Positions 45,058 through 55,032 are shown, counted from the first letter of the stretch. The stretch: DNA of 64,000 nt from Candidatus Dormibacter sp. (GCA_039922495.1 JBDTEO010000024.1:30459-94458); one strand, 5' to 3'. The notes: a model not told the origin generated them from the letters alone. Made by a program: numbers and translations.

Positions 45058-45441
45058 ATGGCGAAGAAGAACAAACGATCCCAGCACAAGAAGCCACAGC
45101 GGAGCGGCCGTTCCGTATCCCGCGGGCTGACGGGTCCGCCCTCTCTTTCCCCCACCGTCCCGCTGACCGACGCGTCCTTTCCCGCCGACCCGACCACAGG
45201 CCAGACCCCGGTTCCGACCCCGGCGCCGATTCCGCGCGCGGCACCCGTTGCCCGTCCGGCCCCCCGCAGCGCCCGCGGGCGAGTCACCCAGGGCCCCTTG
45301 CCGGCGCAGGACGCCGCGATTCCCCTCGACCGGGTTCCATACTTTCGGGCCGACCTTCGCCGGATCGCGATCACGGCCGGCCTGATGTTCGTCATCCTGA
45401 TCGTGGGGTCGATCGTCTTGCGGAACCTGCTGCTCGCCTGA
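45058..45441 (+). CDS. Tail-anchored Pro-rich membrane protein (127 aa)
   Basis: Basic N-terminus MAKKNKRSQHKK, long Pro/Thr-rich region, single C-terminal TM (ITAGLMFVILIVGSIVL). Confidence 0.45.
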   Translation: MAKKNKRSQHKKPQRSGRSVSRGLTGPPSLSPTVPLTDASFPADPTTGQTPVPTPAPIPRAAPVARPAPRSARGRVTQGPLPAQDAAIPLDRVPYFRADLRRIAITAGLMFVILIVGSIVLRNLLLA

Positions 45442-45495
45442 TCGGCCGACCCGGTCACGTCGGCACGCGCTGATTCTTTTGCCGATACTTACGTC

Positions 45496-46143
45496 GTGAC
45501 CCTCCTCGATCCGATCCAGTTCATCATCACCGCGCTCTACCTGGTCCCGGCCCTCGTCATCGGCATCGTGGCGCACGAGCTGGCGCACGCCGCGGTCGCC
45601 GTCGCGCGCGGTGACCAGACGCCTCGCCTCGATGGGCGGCTCTCGCTCAATCCCCGTCATCACCTTGACCCGCTCGGGACCCTCGCGGTCTTTTTCATCC
45701 ACTTCGGGTGGGGCAAACCGATGCGCCTGAATCCCTATCGGATGCGACGGCCATCCGACCCGGCGCTGGTCTGGCTGGCCGGCCCTTTGGCCAGCATCCT
45801 GATGGCCATCGCCCTGTCATTCCCACTTCGCCTGCTCCTCACCTCCAGCGTCCTCAACGTCGACTCGCCGCTCTTCCAGGTGATCCTGGTCGCCTTCTAC
45901 GTCAATGTGCTGCTCGCCACCGTCAACCTGCTCCCGATTCCCAGCCTCGATGGCTACAATGTCCTCGCCGCGTTGTTTCGGCGCCGATCGTCAAAGGTCT
46001 TTCTCCAGCTGGATTCGAGCCGCCAGGTGATCCTGCTGGTGGTGGTCCTCCTGATCATCTTTATCCCGGGCCTCTTCGATTACGCCTACGACCCGGTCTC
46101 GCGGCTCCTCGTGGGTGGCGTCATCCGGCCGGTGAACTTCTGA
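45496..46143 (+). CDS. M50-family site-2 metalloprotease (short SpoIVFB-like form)
   Basis: HExxH within TM helix (VAHELAHAAV). Second zinc-ligand Asp region LDGYN. 215 aa, polytopic. Confidence 0.8.
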   Translation: MTLLDPIQFIITALYLVPALVIGIVAHELAHAAVAVARGDQTPRLDGRLSLNPRHHLDPLGTLAVFFIHFGWGKPMRLNPYRMRRPSDPALVWLAGPLASILMAIALSFPLRLLLTSSVLNVDSPLFQVILVAFYVNVLLATVNLLPIPSLDGYNVLAALFRRRSSKVFLQLDSSRQVILLVVVLLIIFIPGLFDYAYDPVSRLLVGGVIRPVNF

Positions 46144-47492
46144 TGGAGGCGGTGCGGGCGCTGCCGAGCGTGCACCGCGTGCTCGAAGACCCAGAGGCGG
46201 CCCGATTGATCGAGCACCATGGCCGGCCCCTCACCCTGTTCGCGGTGCAAACGGTGCTCGAGCGCGAGCGCCAGGCCGCCAGGGTCGACCCGCCCGCGAC
46301 GCGCTGGGTCGAGATTGAGGCGACCATCCGGCGTCTGCGCGAGCCGTCGTTGCGTCCATGCATCAACGCCACCGGGGTCATCCTCCATACCAACCTGGGG
46401 CGTGCGCCGCTTGCGGCGGCCGCGGCGGAGGCGGTCGCACGGATCGGCCGCGGCTACGCCACGCTGGAACTCGACGGCGACGGTGGCAAGCGAGGTCGCC
46501 GACACGATGCGGTGAGCCCGGTGCTTGGCCACCTGACGGGCGCGGAATCCGGCGCCGTCGTCAACAACGGGGCCGCCGCGACGCTGCTGATGCTGTCCGC
46601 GCTGGCGAAGGGCCGCGAGGTGATCGTCTCGCGCGGGGAGCTGGTAGAGATTGGCGGCGCGTTTCGGATGCCGGAGATCATGAAGCTGTCCGGAGCCCGG
46701 ATGGTCGAGGTCGGCACCACCAACCGGACTCGCCTTATGGATTACGAAGCCGCCATCACGTCCAAAACCGCTGCCATCCTCAAGGTCCACGCCAGCAACT
46801 TCCAGGTGGTCGGCTTTACCGAGAGCGCCGACCTGCGGAGCCTGGCCGCCCTGGCGCACGCGCGTGGCGTCCTCTTGCTCGAGGACCTTGGCAGCGGTGC
46901 CCTGCTGGACTCGGCGACCTTCGGACTGGCGGCGGAGCCGCGGGTCCAGGAGAGCGTCCTGGCCGGGGTCGACCTGCTTGCCTGCAGCGCGGACAAGTTG
47001 CTCGGTGGCCCGCAGGCCGGGCTCGTGCTCGGGCGTGCCGCGCTCGTGGAGCGCGTCCTCAAGCATCCGCTGGCCCGCGCGGTGCGGGTCGACAAGATGA
47101 CGCTGGCGGCGCTGAGCGCGACCCTCGACCTCTACCTCACGGCGACCCATGACGCCTTGCCCGTCTGGCAGATGATCGCCGCTACCCCGCCAGCCCTGGC
47201 CGCACGCGCCGCATCCTGGAAGGCGCGGCTCGAGGAGCTGGGGATCGCGGCCGAGTTGAAGCCGGGCGAGTCGACCGTCGGCGGCGGCTCGCTTCCCGGC
47301 GAGCGCCTGCCGACCACCCTGCTGACCCTGGTCGCCCCCAGGTCGCGGGCGACGGCGCTGCTGGGCCGATTGCGTCGCCAGCGGATGCCGGTGATCGCTC
47401 GCATCGAGGCAGGCCAGGTCGTGATCGACCCGCGCACCGTGCTGTCCGGCGAGGACGAGGCCTTGTTGGAAGCAGTGCGCGCCGCGTGGTGA
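46143..47492 (+). CDS. selA: L-seryl-tRNA(Sec) selenium transferase SelA
   Basis: N-terminal LPSVHRVLEDPEA... and PLP-fold core (NATGVILHTNLGRAPL...NNGAAATLL...ACSADKLLGGPQAGLVLG). ATG overlaps the upstream stop (TGATG). Track start 45708 is over-extended. Confidence 0.9.
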   Translation: MEAVRALPSVHRVLEDPEAARLIEHHGRPLTLFAVQTVLERERQAARVDPPATRWVEIEATIRRLREPSLRPCINATGVILHTNLGRAPLAAAAAEAVARIGRGYATLELDGDGGKRGRRHDAVSPVLGHLTGAESGAVVNNGAAATLLMLSALAKGREVIVSRGELVEIGGAFRMPEIMKLSGARMVEVGTTNRTRLMDYEAAITSKTAAILKVHASNFQVVGFTESADLRSLAALAHARGVLLLEDLGSGALLDSATFGLAAEPRVQESVLAGVDLLACSADKLLGGPQAGLVLGRAALVERVLKHPLARAVRVDKMTLAALSATLDLYLTATHDALPVWQMIAATPPALAARAASWKARLEELGIAAELKPGESTVGGGSLPGERLPTTLLTLVAPRSRATALLGRLRRQRMPVIARIEAGQVVIDPRTVLSGEDEALLEAVRAAW

Positions 47493-49384
47493 CCGCCCCG
47501 AGCCTGGTCGACTCCTTCGTCGTCGGCACCGCCGGTCACATCGATCATGGAAAATCGAGCCTGGTCAAGGCCCTGACCCAGATCGACCCGGACCGCCTCG
47601 GCGAGGAGAAGCGGCGCGGCATGACGATCGACCTCGGCTTCGCCTACCTGGATCTCCCGAGCGGGCGGCACGTCGGGATCGTCGATGTCCCCGGGCATCA
47701 GCGCTTTTTGAAGAACATGCTGGCCGGCGTTCACGGGATGGATGCGGTCCTCCTCGTGATCGCGGCCGATGAGGGGCCGATGCCCCAGACGCGCGAACAC
47801 CTCGCGATCATCGACCTGCTCCGGATCGAGCACGGCGTCGTGGTCTTGAGCAAGGCAGACCTGGTCGACGCGGACTGGTTGCGCCTGGTCTCGGACGACG
47901 TGGCGACCATGCTGGCGGCGTCCCCGCTCAAGGGCGCCTCGATCATTCCGGTTTCGAGCACTACCGGTCTCGGCCTCGACCGTCTACGACTCGCCCTCGA
48001 CGCGGAGCTGGAGCAGACGATGATCCGTCCCGACCTCGGGCGTCCCCGCCTCCCGGTCGATCGCGCCTTCGGGATGGCCGGCTTCGGCACGGTGGTCACC
48101 GGGACGCTGGTTGGTGGCAGCCTGCGGCAGGGCGACGAGGTCGTCATCCTTCCCGCGGACCGCCGGGTCCGGATTCGCGGCCTCCAGCAGCACAATCGCG
48201 CCGTGCTCGAGGCCCGCCCGGGGAGCCGCACCGCCGTCAACCTGGCCGGGATCGACCGTCACGAGGTCCGCCGCGGCGACGTACTGGCGATGCCCAAAAC
48301 GATGGGCATCAGCCGCCGCCTCGACGCCCACCTCGAGGTCCTCGCCGGCGCCATCCAGCCGCTGCGCCACCGCGCCCGGCTCCTGATGTACCACGAGACC
48401 GCCGAGATTCCGGTGGAGGTCAGCCTGCTGGACGCCGACGAACTGCGGCCGGGCCAGCGAGGATGGGCACAGCTCTACGCGCTCGAACCCGTGGTCGCGC
48501 TGGCCGGCGACCGCTTCATCATCCGCGTGCCATCGCCGCCGGCCACGGTGGCGGGTGGCGTCATCGTCGACGCGGCGCCCCGGCGTCACCGGCGACGGGA
48601 CCCGGTGGTCCTCCAGCAGCTGCGCGCCAAAGTGGACGGCGACCTGGCGACCCGGGTCGTGCTCGAGCTGTTCGCGCAGCCGCGGGGCCTCGAGGACGCG
48701 GCCCTGGCGCGACGGCTCGCCCTGTCCGCGCCCGCGATGACGACGGTGCTCGAGCAGCTGGCATCCGGTGGGACCATCCGGCGGCTGGGCGCCGTGGTGA
48801 TGACCGCGGAACATGCCCGGCGCCTCGAGGCCGCGGTCACCGATCTCCTCACCGCCGCGCACGCAGCCGAACCGCTTCGCCGCGGCATGCCGAAAGAAGC
48901 GCTGCGCAGCCGGACCGCCCTCCCGGCGGCGGTCTTCGCCGGCCTGCTCGGCCGGATGGTCGCGGACGGCGCGATCGTCGAATCAGGAGCCGAGGTCGCG
49001 CTGCGGCGCCACCGTGCCGAACCATCGCCCGAGCAGCAGGTGGCGATTGCCCGGACCATCGAGGCGCTCGAGGCCCAGCCGTTTGCGCCGCCGCCGTTGG
49101 CGGACCTGACGCAACGGTTTGCACTGACCCCCGCGCTGATCCAGTACCTGATTGGCGAGGGCACCATCGTGCGAATCAACGACGAGCTCGTTCTCACCCG
49201 TCGCGCGCTCGACGAGGCGGTTTTCCGCCTGCGAGACTTCCTGCGCGCAAATCAAACCCTGACGGTGGCGGCGGCGCGCGACCTACTCGGCTCCAGCCGC
49301 CGATACGTCCTTCCCCTGCTGGAATGGCTCGATGCCCAGAAGATCACGCGCCGTGTCGGGGATGACCGTATCCTGAGGGATTGA
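47486..49384 (+). CDS. selB: Selenocysteine-specific elongation factor SelB
   Basis: G-domain AGHIDHGKSSLVKALT...DVPGHQRF...SKADLVD. Long C-terminal winged-helix SECIS-binding extension. GTG start overlapping the selA stop. Confidence 0.92.
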   Translation: MVTAPSLVDSFVVGTAGHIDHGKSSLVKALTQIDPDRLGEEKRRGMTIDLGFAYLDLPSGRHVGIVDVPGHQRFLKNMLAGVHGMDAVLLVIAADEGPMPQTREHLAIIDLLRIEHGVVVLSKADLVDADWLRLVSDDVATMLAASPLKGASIIPVSSTTGLGLDRLRLALDAELEQTMIRPDLGRPRLPVDRAFGMAGFGTVVTGTLVGGSLRQGDEVVILPADRRVRIRGLQQHNRAVLEARPGSRTAVNLAGIDRHEVRRGDVLAMPKTMGISRRLDAHLEVLAGAIQPLRHRARLLMYHETAEIPVEVSLLDADELRPGQRGWAQLYALEPVVALAGDRFIIRVPSPPATVAGGVIVDAAPRRHRRRDPVVLQQLRAKVDGDLATRVVLELFAQPRGLEDAALARRLALSAPAMTTVLEQLASGGTIRRLGAVVMTAEHARRLEAAVTDLLTAAHAAEPLRRGMPKEALRSRTALPAAVFAGLLGRMVADGAIVESGAEVALRRHRAEPSPEQQVAIARTIEALEAQPFAPPPLADLTQRFALTPALIQYLIGEGTIVRINDELVLTRRALDEAVFRLRDFLRANQTLTVAAARDLLGSSRRYVLPLLEWLDAQKITRRVGDDRILRD

Positions 49385-50071
49385 ATGCCCGGATCCGGTC
49401 GTCGTGGCTGTGCCACCGTGCTGATGGTGGCGGCACTCTCCGCCTGCGGCGCCCCACCGCCGGCCGCGGCGCCCCTCCTGCAGCAGACTGGCGATCACAT
49501 GATGGCCTTGAAGGGCTTCCATTTTCGGATGCAGATCAGTGGCTACACCGGAACCGACGAGCCCGTGCAGAGCGCGCAGGGTGACGCGCATCCGCCGGAC
49601 CTTCATGCCACTGTCGATCTGCGGGAGGGAGGCTTCCTCGTCGAGGTCGAGGTCATTTTCAGCGGGGCGACCATCTATCTGAAATCGATCACCGGAGGAT
49701 GGCAGCCGCTGACCGCGGCGGAGGTGGCGCAGTTCTTTGATGCGCGAAGCCTGTTCGATTCCAGGGTCGGACTCTTTGCCGCCATGCGCGACACCCAGGC
49801 GCCAACCCTTGGGGCGGTCGCAAAGATTGACGGGCACGACACCTATCCGATCAGTGGCTCGGTGTCCGCCGCCCGGATGCACCAGCTCCTCACCCTGATC
49901 CGTGACCGGGGCACGTACCATGCCACCTACTGGGTCGACAGCTCGGCGAAGACGCTCTGGCGGGCCCAGCTCACCGGCAACTTGTTTGACGCGACGCGGG
50001 CGGCCACGATTAATTTCGATTTCTCCAACCATGATCACCCCATTTCAGTCACTCCGCCCCCGCTCGGCTAA
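49385..50071 (+). CDS. Lipoprotein, LppX/LprAFG (LprG)-like
   Basis: Signal peptide plus lipobox LSAC. About 228 aa. Followed by, and overlapping, an MFS pump as in the actinobacterial lprG-p55 operon. Confidence 0.55.
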   Translation: MPGSGRRGCATVLMVAALSACGAPPPAAAPLLQQTGDHMMALKGFHFRMQISGYTGTDEPVQSAQGDAHPPDLHATVDLREGGFLVEVEVIFSGATIYLKSITGGWQPLTAAEVAQFFDARSLFDSRVGLFAAMRDTQAPTLGAVAKIDGHDTYPISGSVSAARMHQLLTLIRDRGTYHATYWVDSSAKTLWRAQLTGNLFDATRAATINFDFSNHDHPISVTPPPLG

Positions 50072-51560
50072 CCGGCCGATTCTGCTCGCGCTCGCGGGTG
50101 CCGGCCTTTTCCTCGCGTCACTCGACGCCTACGTCGTTGTGACGGCGATTCTGCCCATGCTGACCTCGGTGCATGTCCCGGTCAACCGCCTGGAACGGGC
50201 GACACCGATCATCACCGGCTTCCTGCTGGGCTACCTGGCGGTGATGCCGCTTGCCGGGGGGCTGAGCGACCGATTCGGCCGGCTCCGGATCTTTGTCGGC
50301 TGCCTGCTGCTGTTCGCGCTTGGCTCACTGGTGAGCGCAACCGCCGGCAGCTTGTCGCACCTGGTCGTCGGTCGCCTCATCCAGGGTGCTGGCGGCGGCG
50401 CGCTGGTGCCGATCGTGCTCGCCCTCGCCGCGGATCTCTATCCCGCCGGCGACCGTAGTCCCGTGCTCGGAGCGGTGAGCGCGCTGCAGGAAATTGGGAG
50501 TGTCCTCGGGCCGCTCTGGGGTGGCCTGATCGCGACCTCGTTGGGATGGACCTGGATCTTCTGGATCAACCTGCCGCTGGCGGCGCTCTTGATCTGGGCG
50601 ATCTGGCCGGAAGCCCGCGCGACCCGGGAGGCGCCGCGAGCGGCGCGGATCGACTGGCTCGGCGCCGTCCTCGCGGCGGCGGCGCTGGCGCTCTTGACCC
50701 TCGCGCTGTATGCGGCCGACCCGGAAACGAGCCCGGTGGGCGCCAACTTCATCTGGCAGGCGCCGCTCGCCGTCCTGCTCCTCGCGCTCTTTGCCTGGCA
50801 CGAACGGCGCAGTCCCCATCCGCTCCTCGAGGTCCGCTACTTTCGTGACTCCTCTTTCTCAGGCGCCGCCATCACGAATGCGATCGCCGGGGCGGGGCTG
50901 ATGGTCGCCCTGGTCTTCATCCCGGTTCTGGCGGAGTCCCCGATCGTTTTCTCGATGAATCCGCGCCAGGCGGCGTTGCTCCTCTTCCGGCTGATGCTGG
51001 GGATACCGCTCGGCGCGCTGCTGGGCGGATTCATCGCGCAGCGGCTGCGGAGCTATCGCCTGGTGGCGGCGGCAGGCATGCTGCTGGCGGCCGCCGGATT
51101 CCTCCTCCTCGCCGGCTGGACCGAGCGCTCACTTACCGCCCACCTCCTCGGACTGCCGCTGCGGACCGCGGACGCCGAGCTCCTGCTGACCGGCCTCGGG
51201 CTCGGTCTTGAAATCGCCCCGGTGAGCGCCGCGGTGCTCGACGCGGTTGGTGAAGCCCAGCGCGGTGCCGGCGCTTCCGTCCTGATCGTGATGCGGTTGA
51301 TCGGGATGCTGGTCGGCTTTTCCCTCGTAGCGGGCTATGGTCTCTACCAATTTCACCAGGCCACGGCGCACTTGCTCCCACCCATCCCGACTTTGCTGCC
51401 CGACTTTGCGATCCGTTACGCCACCTACGTGCTGCATTTGCGCCAGGCGTTGCTGGCGGAGTACCACGTGATTTTCCAATCGACGTCGATCGCGCTCGCG
51501 GTTGGTGCCGCGATCGCGGCGGTCACGCTCCGGCCGATCGCCCGCACGAGGTGGCGCTGA
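50031..51560 (+). CDS. MFS transporter (P55/Rv1410c-like drug-lipid efflux pump, 14 TMS)
   Basis: ATG at 50031 (MITPFQSLRPRSANRPILLALAG...). MFS motifs GRLSDRFGRLRI. Overlaps the lipoprotein 3' end by 41 nt. Confidence 0.85.
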   Translation: MITPFQSLRPRSANRPILLALAGAGLFLASLDAYVVVTAILPMLTSVHVPVNRLERATPIITGFLLGYLAVMPLAGGLSDRFGRLRIFVGCLLLFALGSLVSATAGSLSHLVVGRLIQGAGGGALVPIVLALAADLYPAGDRSPVLGAVSALQEIGSVLGPLWGGLIATSLGWTWIFWINLPLAALLIWAIWPEARATREAPRAARIDWLGAVLAAAALALLTLALYAADPETSPVGANFIWQAPLAVLLLALFAWHERRSPHPLLEVRYFRDSSFSGAAITNAIAGAGLMVALVFIPVLAESPIVFSMNPRQAALLLFRLMLGIPLGALLGGFIAQRLRSYRLVAAAGMLLAAAGFLLLAGWTERSLTAHLLGLPLRTADAELLLTGLGLGLEIAPVSAAVLDAVGEAQRGAGASVLIVMRLIGMLVGFSLVAGYGLYQFHQATAHLLPPIPTLLPDFAIRYATYVLHLRQALLAEYHVIFQSTSIALAVGAAIAAVTLRPIARTRWR

Positions 51561-51561
51561 C

Positions 51562-52518
51562 ATGTATGTGGGGATCGACCTCGGAGGAACCCAGCTGCGG
51601 GTCGGTGTCGCGGACGGGTATGGCCGGCTGCGCACTGTCCTCCGCCGGCCGACCAATGCGAAGCAGGGGCGTGAGCACGTGATCGACGCGCTGGTGGCCG
51701 GGGTTAAGGACGCCCTTGCCGGGGATGGAACGCGGCCGGCATCCGTGCGCGCCCTGGGGATCGGCCTGCCGGGGCCACTCGACCCGGCGCGGGGGGTCGT
51801 CATCAGTCCCCCCAACCTCCCAGGCTTCATCGACGTGCCGCTCAACAAGATCCTCAGCCGCCGGCTCGGCATTCGCAGCTATCTCCATCACGACGCCCAC
51901 CTGGCGGCGTTTGCCGAATACCGGCTTGGCGCGGCACGCGGCGCCCGGGACCTGGTCTACGTGACGGTGTCGACAGGCATCGGGGCGGGCCTGATCCTCG
52001 ATGGCAAGCTCTACAGTGGCGCGCATGGGATGGCCGGTGAGGTGGGCCACATCGTGGTCCAGGCCAACGGTCCCCTCTGCACCTGCGGCAACCGGGGCTG
52101 TGTCGAGGCGCTCGCCAGCGGCACCGGCATTGCCCGTGCGGCGCGCGAACTGGCACCCCAGCAGCCGCGTAGTGGGTTGCACGGGGTGGAGACGCCGACC
52201 GCCGCCGACGTGGTCCGCGCCGCTCGTCGCGAGGACGACCTCGCCCTGCACATCCTGGACGCGGCCGGCACGGCGCTCGGCATCGCCATGGGGACCCTGG
52301 TCAACCTCTTCAATCCGGAATTGATCGTGCTCGGCGGGAGCGTCGTCAATGCCGGCGCGCTCCTGCTCTCCCCGATGCGGCGTTCGATGGACGCGTCCTC
52401 CTGGAAGGCGGCCCGGCGAGGGCTCCGGATCGTGAAGCCGGCGCTGGGCCCCGACGTGGGCTTGATCGGGGCGGTCGAGTATGCGCGGCTGCGTGCCAGG
52501 CATGCCGGCACGGATTGA
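51562..52518 (+). CDS. ROK-family glucokinase/sugar kinase
   Basis: MYVGIDLGGTQLRVG... and zinc motif CTCGNRGCVEA. Track start 51502 is over-extended. Confidence 0.9.
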   Translation: MYVGIDLGGTQLRVGVADGYGRLRTVLRRPTNAKQGREHVIDALVAGVKDALAGDGTRPASVRALGIGLPGPLDPARGVVISPPNLPGFIDVPLNKILSRRLGIRSYLHHDAHLAAFAEYRLGAARGARDLVYVTVSTGIGAGLILDGKLYSGAHGMAGEVGHIVVQANGPLCTCGNRGCVEALASGTGIARAARELAPQQPRSGLHGVETPTAADVVRAARREDDLALHILDAAGTALGIAMGTLVNLFNPELIVLGGSVVNAGALLLSPMRRSMDASSWKAARRGLRIVKPALGPDVGLIGAVEYARLRARHAGTD

Positions 52519-53896
52519 CCCACCGGCGCCGGCCGGCATTCGACCGATCTTCGAGGTGGTCGAGACCGAGTCGCGCCGCCTGGGTTCGCGCGCGCTCGTG
52601 GTCGGGGGATATGTGCGCGACCGGTTGCTTGGTGGCGCGCGGGAAGCGGCCATCTGCGAAGTGGACATTTTGGTGGAGGACGGCCAGGGCATCGCGCTGG
52701 CGAACGCGGTCGCCGCGGGCCTGAAGACCCATCCACCGGTGATCTTCGAGCGCTTTGGAACCGCGCACATCACCGCCGGGGACTACGCGATCGAGTTCGT
52801 ATCCACGCGCACCGAGCGTTACGAACGAGACAGCCGGAAGCCGGCCGTCGCACCGGGGACGCTGCGGGACGACGTGATGCGCCGCGACTTCACCGTCAAC
52901 GCCCTGCTGATGGACTGGGATGGGACCGTGCTCGACCTGACCGAGCGTGGGCTCGACGACCTGGAACACCGTCGCCTGGTCACGCCGCTCGAGCCGAGCG
53001 TCACTTTTGACGAAGACCCGCTGCGGATGCTCCGCGCGGCGAGGTTTGCGGCGACGCTGGGCTTCGACGTGGATCCGGCGGTGGCCGCGGCTATTCAGCG
53101 CCATGCGCAACGCTTGCAGCCGCCGACCGTCTCCATGGAGCGGATTCGCGATGAGCTCGCCAAGCTGCTTGTCGCCGATGACGTGTTGCGCGGGCTGCGG
53201 ATCCTCGATGAGAATCGCCTCCTCGTGCAGATTCTGCCGGAGCTTGAACCCGGAAAGGGGATGGCGCAGGGTGGCTGGCACAGCCACGATGTCTTCGGCC
53301 ACGGCTTGCTGGCGGCTTCGCTCGCGCCCGCCGACCTGCTGACCCGGGTCGCCGCGCTCCTGCACGATGTCGGGAAGCCGGCCACTCACGAGATCCGGGA
53401 CGGCAAGGTCACCTTCATCGGCCATCAGGAGGTCGGTGCCAGGATGGCCGCGGACGCCTTGAAACGGTTGCGGTTTGCCGGCGACCAGGTTGACACCGTC
53501 AGCCACCTGGTTCGGCTGCACATGCGACCGATCCAGTACGACCCGCAGGGCTGGGAGGACAAGGCGGTGCGCCGGCTGGTCAGGGACGCCGGGCCGGAAC
53601 TCGATCGCTTGCTCGCCCTGGCCCGTGCCGACATGCGGGCCAGCCACTATCCCGACGTCAAGAAGATCGACGACCTCGAGGCTCGTATCCGCCGGCTCGA
53701 CGCCACGGCGATCAATGCCATCGAGTCGCCGCTGACTGGTGATGCCTTGATGGCGCGCACCGGCCGGCCGCCTGGTCCGTGGATCAAACGGGCCAAGCTG
53801 GCGCTCGAGGAGGCGATCGTCGACGGCGTGCTGGCGCCCGATGCCGCATCCGCGTGGCGGTACCTCCAGGAGCACCCCGACCTGCTCGGATCGTGA
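52502..53896 (+). CDS. CCA tRNA nucleotidyltransferase / poly(A) polymerase family with HD domain
   Basis: Pol-beta NTase head (LVVGGYVRDRLLG...DFTVNALLMD) and HD region (AALLHDVGKP). Start uncertain (52481-52502). Confidence 0.85.
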   Translation: MPARIDPPAPAGIRPIFEVVETESRRLGSRALVVGGYVRDRLLGGAREAAICEVDILVEDGQGIALANAVAAGLKTHPPVIFERFGTAHITAGDYAIEFVSTRTERYERDSRKPAVAPGTLRDDVMRRDFTVNALLMDWDGTVLDLTERGLDDLEHRRLVTPLEPSVTFDEDPLRMLRAARFAATLGFDVDPAVAAAIQRHAQRLQPPTVSMERIRDELAKLLVADDVLRGLRILDENRLLVQILPELEPGKGMAQGGWHSHDVFGHGLLAASLAPADLLTRVAALLHDVGKPATHEIRDGKVTFIGHQEVGARMAADALKRLRFAGDQVDTVSHLVRLHMRPIQYDPQGWEDKAVRRLVRDAGPELDRLLALARADMRASHYPDVKKIDDLEARIRRLDATAINAIESPLTGDALMARTGRPPGPWIKRAKLALEEAIVDGVLAPDAASAWRYLQEHPDLLGS

Positions 53897-55032
53897 GCTC
53901 GCACGGCCGCTCGGGGGCCTGGCGACGCTTGCGCGGATGGCCGTGGCCGTTCCTGTTGCTCATCGTGGGCGCCGCCGTCGCCAGTACCAGGCTCGTCGCG
54001 CCGGTATCGGTCCCCTCATCGATTGTCCTGGCGGTGTTTTTGCCACCGCTGCTCTTCGACGCCGGCTTCTCGATGGAGATGGCGGCGGTGCGGCGGGAGC
54101 TGCGCTGGATCCTGCTGCTTGGCCTCGCCGGCTCGGCCTTCGCCGCCGCGCTCACGGTCGCCATCCTGGTCGCCCTGCGCTTTCCGGTTGGGGAGGCGTT
54201 CCTCCTGGGGGCGGTGCTGGCGGCGACCGACCCCATCTCCGTGTTCGCCGCCCTGCGCCGGCTGCGAACGCCGCCCCGACTGCGCCTCGCCCTTGAAGGC
54301 GAAAGCCTCGTCAACGATGCCGTCGCGGTGGTGCTGTTTGCCATAGCGCTCGCCCTCAACCAGGGCGGGCGCACCGAGCCAATTGGATTGGCGGGCTTGT
54401 TCCTGCGGCAGACCGCCGTCGGGCTCGGTGTTGGCGCGTTGACGGGCGTCATGACGCGGCGCGCGCTCAGGATCCTGCCGGCGCGCGCCGACCTGCCGTT
54501 GACGCTCGTCGCCTCCTACCTGGCCTACCTGGTCAGCGACCGCCTGGGCGGCAGCGGGCTGCTCAGCGTGATCGCCCTTGCACTCGTGCTCGGGACCGCC
54601 CCGCAATCGCCCGCGCATCACCGGATTCGGCGGTTCTGGCGGCAGCTCGGCTTCGTCATAGCGTGCATCGCCTTCTTGCTGGTCGGCTTGCAGGTTCGCG
54701 TCGAGGCCATCCTGGCGCTGGGGTTCCGACTGGTCCTCCTCGTCCTCACCATTTGGATCGCGCGCATCGTGATGGTGCTGGTCGTGACCGCCTCCGCCTC
54801 CCGCCTCTGGCCGTGGCGGCTTCGAGCCGCGCTCAGCTGGGCAGGACTGCGGGGCGCCCTGGCCCTTGCCCTTGCCCTCAGCATCCCGGCGGGCACGCCC
54901 CGGCGCGCGGAGGCCCTCGCTCTGGTCGTCGGCGTGGTCTTCGTATCGCTCGCCCTCCAGGGTCTCTCGCTCGGACCAGTCTTCGGTCGGCTTGGGGTCG
55001 CGGGATCGCAAGCCGCCCCGACGGTTGGCTAG
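53893..55032 (+). CDS. Na+/H+ antiporter (CPA1/NhaP type)
   Basis: ATDPISVFAAL and LEGESLVNDAVAVVLF signatures. 10 or more TM. Start uncertain; GTG 53893 overlaps the upstream stop. Confidence 0.85.
   Translation: MSSHGRSGAWRRLRGWPWPFLLLIVGAAVASTRLVAPVSVPSSIVLAVFLPPLLFDAGFSMEMAAVRRELRWILLLGLAGSAFAAALTVAILVALRFPVGEAFLLGAVLAATDPISVFAALRRLRTPPRLRLALEGESLVNDAVAVVLFAIALALNQGGRTEPIGLAGLFLRQTAVGLGVGALTGVMTRRALRILPARADLPLTLVASYLAYLVSDRLGGSGLLSVIALALVLGTAPQSPAHHRIRRFWRQLGFVIACIAFLLVGLQVRVEAILALGFRLVLLVLTIWIARIVMVLVVTASASRLWPWRLRAALSWAGLRGALALALALSIPAGTPRRAEALALVVGVVFVSLALQGLSLGPVFGRLGVAGSQAAPTVG

Noticed and set aside
52346-53875. 509-aa minus-strand ORF
   Set aside because: Antisense to the ROK kinase and CCA-adding enzyme genes, both well supported by motifs.
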